Shown here: positions 58,310 through 64,000 of the stretch, piece after piece | Layout: the number at the start of each line of letters is the position of its first letter | Position numbering within the stretch: position 1 is the stretch's first letter | DNA from: Thermoplasmata archaeon | GTDB lineage: Archaea; Thermoplasmatota; Thermoplasmata; RBG-16-68-12; JAJISG01 | DNA: 64,000 nucleotides | Direction: 5' to 3' | Assembly (NCBI GenBank): GCA_046758325.1 | Contig: JBHHZZ010000005.1 | Span: 150 to 64,149 of the forward strand | Position numbers and translations under genes: made by a program | Notes under the pieces: generated by a model | What the model was told of the DNA's origin: nothing | The model's database searches: none | The model's input: only the letters and a program-made list of their open reading frames with translations

Positions 58310-59479
58310 TCAGAACCCGGAGACACACTCCTCGTACACCTCCATGGTCTCGTGGACCACCCTCCCCCAGTCAAACCTCTCCTCCACGACACGACGCCCC
58401 GAGGCCGCCAGCCTCTGACACAGGCTGTCGTCTTCCATCAGTTCCTTCATCCTCTGAGCCAAGTCCTCACCGCTTCCTGGCGGGACCAAGAGGGCATTTT
58501 CATTATCCCTAGCCACGTCGACTACCCCTCCGACCTCAGTGGCAACCACCGGCAGGCGGGCAGCCCATGCCTCAAGGAGGGTAAGGGGAAACCCCTCCCA
58601 CAACGAGGGCAGGACGAAGGCGTGGGAGGAGGCGTACAGGGCCATCAACCTCTCCTCCTCCACAAATCCCAGAAAATCCAGGTTGCGCAGGCCCAGGGCC
58701 TTCGCCGTTCTTGTCAACTCCTCCCCTTCTGGCCCCTCTCCCACGAGAAGCAGCCGGAACTTCCTGCCAGCTTTCTCCAAGATTCTGGAGGCCTCCAGAA
58801 GGTGAACGACGCCCTTTTGAGGCACAAGTCTCCCGACGAAGAGGAAGGTGAAGTCCTCAGGCCTTCTGGTCCGAACCGCATCAAACCTGGACCAGTCGAC
58901 GCCGTTGGGAATCCAGCGCACTGCTGGTTGTTTGGACTTCAAGCCTGCTTCCAGCGCCTGCTTGTCGACCGTTATGACAGCATCATAGGCCAAGGAGAGG
59001 CTGAGGGCCTCCAGGGCCGAGAAGGCCAGGGCTCGCGGGCTCCGTCCTAGCATCGCCGTCCATCTTCCGGCGTAGACGCCGTGAAGGGTGCGTACCAGTG
59101 GGATACGAAGCTTCCTTCGAAGGTATGTGGCGGGGAAGCTACCCAGGGGACAGTGAACATGGATGAGGTCGTGAGGACCTAGCTGCCTCACCTGCTCCAC
59201 CAGCAGGAGCGGAAAGAGGGCCCTGCCCACAGGATTCCCGAAGGCGCTCCGGGGCCCGATGCGAAAGACCCGGAATCCCTTCATCCCATCGCATCCCTTC
59301 GGTCTAACCCCGCCCTGCAAGTCCCTAGACACGAGGTCTACCTGAACTCCCTTTGAGACCAACCCCCTGACCAGGTGGAGGATGTGGTACTCTCCCCCGC
59401 CCACGCTGGGAAACCATCTCTCGGAGATCATCAGGACCCGCAAGGGTTGTCCTCCGATGGGGAAGGATGCTTGGCTCAA
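58310..59479 (-). CDS. glycosyltransferase family 4 (group 1)
   Basis: 'EGFPLTLLEAWAARLPVVATEVGG' GT-B C-terminal motif. Confidence 0.85.
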   Translation of the reverse strand: MSQASFPIGGQPLRVLMISERWFPSVGGGEYHILHLVRGLVSKGVQVDLVSRDLQGGVRPKGCDGMKGFRVFRIGPRSAFGNPVGRALFPLLLVEQVRQLGPHDLIHVHCPLGSFPATYLRRKLRIPLVRTLHGVYAGRWTAMLGRSPRALAFSALEALSLSLAYDAVITVDKQALEAGLKSKQPAVRWIPNGVDWSRFDAVRTRRPEDFTFLFVGRLVPQKGVVHLLEASRILEKAGRKFRLLLVGEGPEGEELTRTAKALGLRNLDFLGFVEEERLMALYASSHAFVLPSLWEGFPLTLLEAWAARLPVVATEVGGVVDVARDNENALLVPPGSGEDLAQRMKELMEDDSLCQRLAASGRRVVEERFDWGRVVHETMEVYEECVSGF

Positions 59480-59535
59480 AGCCTTTTGCGCCCAGTCATG
59501 GATGGAGGAACCGGACGCTGACGATGCGGGCCCTG

Positions 59536-60663
59536 CTACAGGATTAGGTTCTCGACCACGGAGGCAACGATGTCCATAGCCCTTTCTATCATCTCCAAGG
59601 AGTTGGCGTAGGAGAAGCGCAGGTGACCCTCGCCCATCTTCCCGAAAGCTGAGCCGGGACTGCAGATGACCCCTGCCTTGAGCAGGCGGAAGGCTAGATC
59701 CTCCGACGTGACTGGATGGGTGCTGGAGGGGAAGGCGTAGAAGGCTCCATCAGGTCTGGGACAACGGAAACCCGGGGTCTCGTTGAGCCTCTTGACAATC
59801 CGGTCCCTTCTCTCTCGAAACTTCGCCACCATGTCCTCCACATAGTCCATGGAGCCCTGTAGCCCCACCAGGACGGCATGTTGCGCAGGCGTCGGCGGGC
59901 ACGCCACCATGAAGTAGTGGACCTTGGACATCGTCTCCACATATTCCTCTGGAGCGATGAGGTATCCCAGCCTCCACCCGGTCACGGCGAAGACCTTGGA
60001 GAAGGAGTTGACGTAGATGAGGTTATCCATCTTCCCGAGGAAACTGTGGTGCCCCTTCTCGTACACGATGGCGTCGTACACCTCATCGGAGATGAGGAGG
60101 AGCTGGTTCTCCTCGGCAAACTCCGCGACGGCTTCCACTTCCCGCTCCCCCATAACCGACCCCGTGGGATTCGAGGGCGTATTCACGATGAGGGCCTTGG
60201 TCCTCGATGTCACCAAGTCCTGGAGAATCTCGACCCTCGGGATGAATCCCTCCTCTTCCAGGAGGGGGTAGAAGACCGGGGTTCCGCCGGCGAGGCGAAC
60301 GTGAGGGGCGAAGAGGACGAATCCGGGATCGGGAACCAAGACCTCGTCCCCCCGATCGATGAAGGTCTGCATCGTGAGGTAGAGAGCCTCTGTGGCTCCC
60401 GTAGTTACGAGGACGTTGCCTTCTCTGACTCCTGCCTGGGACGAGTGTCTCTCCGCCAACGTCCGCCTGAGTTCTGGCAGACCTCCGGTAGGACCATACT
60501 TGTTGTGCCCGCTGTCGAGAGCCTCCTTCATGGCCTTCAGGACATGAGGGGGCGGTGGAACGTCAGGTTCACCCAGGCCCAGGTTGATGGCATCGAACCC
60601 GGCCAGGTCGAACATCTTCCTGATACCGGACATCTTGAGTCCACGGGCCCGTGGGGCAAACAT
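59536..60663 (-). CDS. class I/II pyridoxal-phosphate aminotransferase (aspartate aminotransferase-like)
   Basis: 'NPTGSV', 'SFSKVFAVTGWRLGY' PLP-Lys motif. Start chosen at internal ATG 60663. Confidence 0.8.
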   Translation of the reverse strand: MFAPRARGLKMSGIRKMFDLAGFDAINLGLGEPDVPPPPHVLKAMKEALDSGHNKYGPTGGLPELRRTLAERHSSQAGVREGNVLVTTGATEALYLTMQTFIDRGDEVLVPDPGFVLFAPHVRLAGGTPVFYPLLEEEGFIPRVEILQDLVTSRTKALIVNTPSNPTGSVMGEREVEAVAEFAEENQLLLISDEVYDAIVYEKGHHSFLGKMDNLIYVNSFSKVFAVTGWRLGYLIAPEEYVETMSKVHYFMVACPPTPAQHAVLVGLQGSMDYVEDMVAKFRERRDRIVKRLNETPGFRCPRPDGAFYAFPSSTHPVTSEDLAFRLLKAGVICSPGSAFGKMGEGHLRFSYANSLEMIERAMDIVASVVENLIL

Positions 60664-60873
60664 AGATGATGATGCTTGGCACACAATTTTAAGGCTTCGA
60701 GACACACTTTGGCAGGGTCCTCGACAGAAAAGGCCTCGCCCCCAAGGTCCGGAGGTCTGTTCGGGCCGAGGCCAGGCAGGCGTCGACAGAGCAGCCGATG
60801 TACTCATCAGGGGTCGCTTCCGGGAAATGCAGCGCTACATCTTTTTGTAGGTGAAGCATATGGGCCAGGGAGG

Positions 60874-61140
60874 ATGACCGACAGGTGCCCTAGGTGCCGG
60901 AACAGTATCGATAACCCCAAGAGCCTGACCTGCCCCACCTGCGGTTACTCTCTGAGACTGCCTTTGGTGGGGAAGATAGGGGCAGCCTTGGTGATCGGTG
61001 GCCTCATCTCCTTCCTCCTCGCAATCTTCTACGGGGAGATGTGGATGGACATCCTCCTGGCCGGCATCAGCGCCATCACCGCCGGGATGGCCGCCCTCTT
61101 TGCATCTGGATGGATGCTCGGACGGGCGGGCCGAACTTAG
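60874..61140 (+). CDS. small membrane protein with N-terminal zinc ribbon (CPRC...CPTC) and 2 TM
   Basis: GGGAGG precedes ATG 60874. Translation is 'MTDRCPRCRN...CPTCGYSL' then a hydrophobic stretch. Confidence 0.45.
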   Translation: MTDRCPRCRNSIDNPKSLTCPTCGYSLRLPLVGKIGAALVIGGLISFLLAIFYGEMWMDILLAGISAITAGMAALFASGWMLGRAGRT

Positions 61141-64000
61141 AGGAAGTCCTCCAGCTTGGCAACCTGTTTACTCTCATCCTGGAACGTGGACTCTATGGCC
61201 TCCTCCACGAGTTCGATCCTCTGCCGGAGGTAAGCCGAAACTCCGTACTCCTCGGAGATCCTCTTGGATACCTCCAGGTACTTGATGACGCTGCTCCGGT
61301 GCACAGTCAACGTCAGATTTCCGCCACAGCCGAGGCACTTGCCTTTCAGCGGAATCCGTCGGTACTTTGCGTTGCACTTGGTGCATCGGAACTGCTGGCT
61401 TGTGAAAGCCTTCAGGTTCCCGATAAGGTCTGGTAGAAAATGATGAGTCACGATCCTGGCCACCACATCCTCCGCGTCCACCGCCCTTATCTTGTCGGCC
61501 AACGCCAGCTGCCCCTCCATCTTGGAGACCATGTTCCCTTCCTTGTAGGAGGACAGGAGGGGAGCATTCGCCACCCCGTCCACCTCGTGGGTGTACCCAA
61601 AGCCCTCAAACTGCAGTACCGTGCCGATCCGCTTCGCCACAGTATCTATGAGTTCCTCCACCTCCCGGGGATGGGTGAAGCGCTCCGCCGCCTCGTACAT
61701 CTCCAGGGGGAGGGAGGAACATACCTCCATGTTCTGAGCCTCCTTGTCGATTTCCCTGGGATCGATCCTCGTGCTGAGGACCAGGGGTGCATCCATGAGC
61801 CCTCCTCGCTTCTCCGGCAGGAACTCCCGGCTGAAGTTGAGGAGGCCGTCTAGGAGGAGGATGACGGAGTCCTCGTCGCCGTCGGCGTCCCTCCTCTTGG
61901 CGGCGTGGAAGAAGGGATGGGCGAAGCAGACCCGGGCTGGGCAGAGGCCGATGATCCGGCCGAGGACCCCCACGGAGGTGTGGGGAGCAAGCCCCACGAC
62001 CAGCCGCCCGATGAGGTCCCCCGCGGACTGGAGGTTGTAGAAGGCCTCCATGTCGTAGACCTTGACCAGGAGGTCGTCCACGAATCGGGCGACCCGCAGC
62101 ATGTACTCCCCGCAGGCGCTGGAGACCACGATGTCCTGGGGCTTGAGCTCCAGCAACTGCTCCTCCCTCTCCAGGGGACGACCCTCTACGTCCTTGGCGT
62201 ACCCGAGCTGCCTGCCCCTCTCCACGCTGAGCCCTACCTCCACTGGCCTGAAGTGAGTCAGGGGCAGGTTAGTCATGTCGAACCGGGTGGTCCCGTCCTT
62301 GAAGACGAAGATGCCATGCTTGGCCCGCAGCAGGGCCTTCTCCAGCGGCTCCGGCGTCTTGTTACGGGATATCATGCCTTTGACGAGCTTCACGCCTTGA
62401 ATCCTGCCCTCCTCCAGGGAGGCGGTGGCCTGGCTGTGGAGCTCCCTCAGGGGGATAGGTTGCTCCACCACCTTGCCTAGAGGGGTCGTGTGGCCGCCGC
62501 ACGGACACAGCGGCAGAAACCAGGACTTGCCACAGCTCTCGCACCTCCTGATACCGACCTCGGCTACGACCCTGTCCCTCTCCAGGGCCTTGCTCAGGAG
62601 CCTCTGGGACCCGCCGTTGCCGCCTATGGGGAAGAGGCCGTGGGGTGGCGGCTTCATGAGCCTCTCCTTCGCCTTCTCAGGCCGTCCCATCCTCGCCCCA
62701 ATCCTCGTGGGAGCCCTGGCCTTGACGCGGATGCCCGAGAGGCGCGAGACGTATTCCAGGGGCGAGGAGGCCTCCACATCTTCCTCCAGGCGGAGGCCAT
62801 CCTCGGCAACCCCTATTCCCAGGCACCTCAGCAGGGCCTGAGAGTGGCGACCCACCTTGAGTCCACCCCCGTCGTGAACAAAGGGTGCTCCCAGCTCCAC
62901 CAGCAGCGTGATGATATCCTCGCCATCGGGAAGGCGCAGATGATCGTCCACCATGCTGCCGTTCTCAGCTACGAGTCGCCTCAGGCGCCTCAGCTCCTCC
63001 ACGGATAGGTCGTGCCAGAAGAGGTTGTAGCGGGGGTGCAGCGGTATGCCGTAGGTCTCGGAGAGTTCGACGACCTCCTCAAAGGTCGGCCTGGCCCAGT
63101 TCTCCGGCAGCTTTCCTGCTGCCTTCTCAATCTCGGCCCGGTACCAATCGAGGCCGTAGGCACAGGGGATCAACGGGTGGTTGTTTTCGAGGAACTCGCC
63201 GAAGGCCACGAGGATCTCTCCCAGGTCGACGATGGTCTTCACCTTCGGCCGTAGACGCTCAGCCTCCTCCAGGGTGTTGACTTCCACCAGACTGCCGTCC
63301 TTGAGCAGGACGATGGGCCCTTCTATGGAGGTGCACGGAGCCACCGCACCCGCCTTCCCAGGCCTCTCCACCTTGATTTGCGTGCCCACGGCGATGAACT
63401 CGTCCAGGAGGAACATGGTGGCCGGATGCAGACCGAGGGCCGCAAGACCCGTTGCCCTGGACCTGCCGTACCTCAAGCGGAAGCCCCCCTTGCGACTCGG
63501 ATGGGCCAGCACGGGCCTCCCAGCCAGGATGTTCTGTATGAACTTGTAGCTGGGCTCGAGGCCGGCCTCCTCCTCCCCTCCTTTCCACGTCTTCAGGTAC
63601 TCCTCCAGGAAGTCCCACCCATCTATGCCCAGCTTGCGAACGTGCTTCAGGATCTTAGGGGCCTTGAGACAGAGGCCCTCCGCGATGACCAGGCAGGCAC
63701 CGCCTCGAATCCGGTTGGTCTCCACCCTGGACAGGTCCCTGTGGCCGCTTATCTCCTCCTCCTCCGTGCCTTCCCCGTTGACAGATACGGGGCAGTGGCT
63801 CACCACCAGCTCTATCTCCTCCTCCGTGGGCGTGTATTGGAGGTGTTGAAGCCGCCTGTAGACTGGAATCTCCTCCTTGAACCGCTCCACCTCCTCCCTC
63901 GTCGCCGTGTAGGCTCCCATGCCTAGCTCCCGTCGAACCACGTCGGCGATCAGGACGCTCAGGGCCTGGGCCGTTCCTCCGGCCGATCGTATGGGCCCCG
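61137..64000 (-). CDS. polC: DNA polymerase II (PolD) large subunit DP2, 5' end outside the window
   Basis: Zn clusters 'CESCGKSW...CPCGG' and 'CTKCNAKY...CLGCGG' with extensive DP2-like sequence. The reading frame stays open past position 64000. Confidence 0.9.
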   Translation of the reverse strand, partial: GPIRSAGGTAQALSVLIADVVRRELGMGAYTATREEVERFKEEIPVYRRLQHLQYTPTEEEIELVVSHCPVSVNGEGTEEEEISGHRDLSRVETNRIRGGACLVIAEGLCLKAPKILKHVRKLGIDGWDFLEEYLKTWKGGEEEAGLEPSYKFIQNILAGRPVLAHPSRKGGFRLRYGRSRATGLAALGLHPATMFLLDEFIAVGTQIKVERPGKAGAVAPCTSIEGPIVLLKDGSLVEVNTLEEAERLRPKVKTIVDLGEILVAFGEFLENNHPLIPCAYGLDWYRAEIEKAAGKLPENWARPTFEEVVELSETYGIPLHPRYNLFWHDLSVEELRRLRRLVAENGSMVDDHLRLPDGEDIITLLVELGAPFVHDGGGLKVGRHSQALLRCLGIGVAEDGLRLEEDVEASSPLEYVSRLSGIRVKARAPTRIGARMGRPEKAKERLMKPPPHGLFPIGGNGGSQRLLSKALERDRVVAEVGIRRCESCGKSWFLPLCPCGGHTTPLGKVVEQPIPLRELHSQATASLEEGRIQGVKLVKGMISRNKTPEPLEKALLRAKHGIFVFKDGTTRFDMTNLPLTHFRPVEVGLSVERGRQLGYAKDVEGRPLEREEQLLELKPQDIVVSSACGEYMLRVARFVDDLLVKVYDMEAFYNLQSAGDLIGRLVVGLAPHTSVGVLGRIIGLCPARVCFAHPFFHAAKRRDADGDEDSVILLLDGLLNFSREFLPEKRGGLMDAPLVLSTRIDPREIDKEAQNMEVCSSLPLEMYEAAERFTHPREVEELIDTVAKRIGTVLQFEGFGYTHEVDGVANAPLLSSYKEGNMVSKMEGQLALADKIRAVDAEDVVARIVTHHFLPDLIGNLKAFTSQQFRCTKCNAKYRRIPLKGKCLGCGGNLTLTVHRSSVIKYLEVSKRISEEYGVSAYLRQRIELVEEAIESTFQDESKQVAKLEDFL

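Overview
High-GC (~60% by eye) archaeal chromosomal segment. PolD, two FtsZ genes and the Sulfolobus/Thermoplasma-type zinc-containing ferredoxin plus SsoSSB-like SSB suggest a Thermoplasmatota-like euryarchaeon; that lineage call is low confidence. The conserved core is ftsZ1-ftsZ2-secE-spt5-rpl11 // rpl1-rpl10-rpl12, but a 3.6 kb opposite-strand gene for a sequon-rich surface protein sits between rpl11 and rpl1. Other core genes: PolD large subunit (partial at window end), aIF-5A with agmatinase, Nop5, RtcB, archaemetzincin, RaSEA-like radical SAM protein, Nnr, tRNA-Val and an intron-containing tRNA-Thr. Accessory content: a copper P-type ATPase with a divergently transcribed HxlR regulator, an ABC-2 exporter, CDF and MFS transporters, an SSF symporter with an acyl-CoA synthetase, and glycosyltransferases. 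The items I would look at first are a ribbon-helix-helix fused to a proteasome-alpha-like protein with an inverted repeat at its promoter, a ~30%-methionine protein, a MerB-family lyase in a lower-GC island next to an HxlR regulator, a long N-terminal extension on Spt5, tandem near-identical ferredoxin genes, and a 4x zinc-ribbon/SAP membrane protein. All calls are by eye from the six-frame translations; no searches were run.
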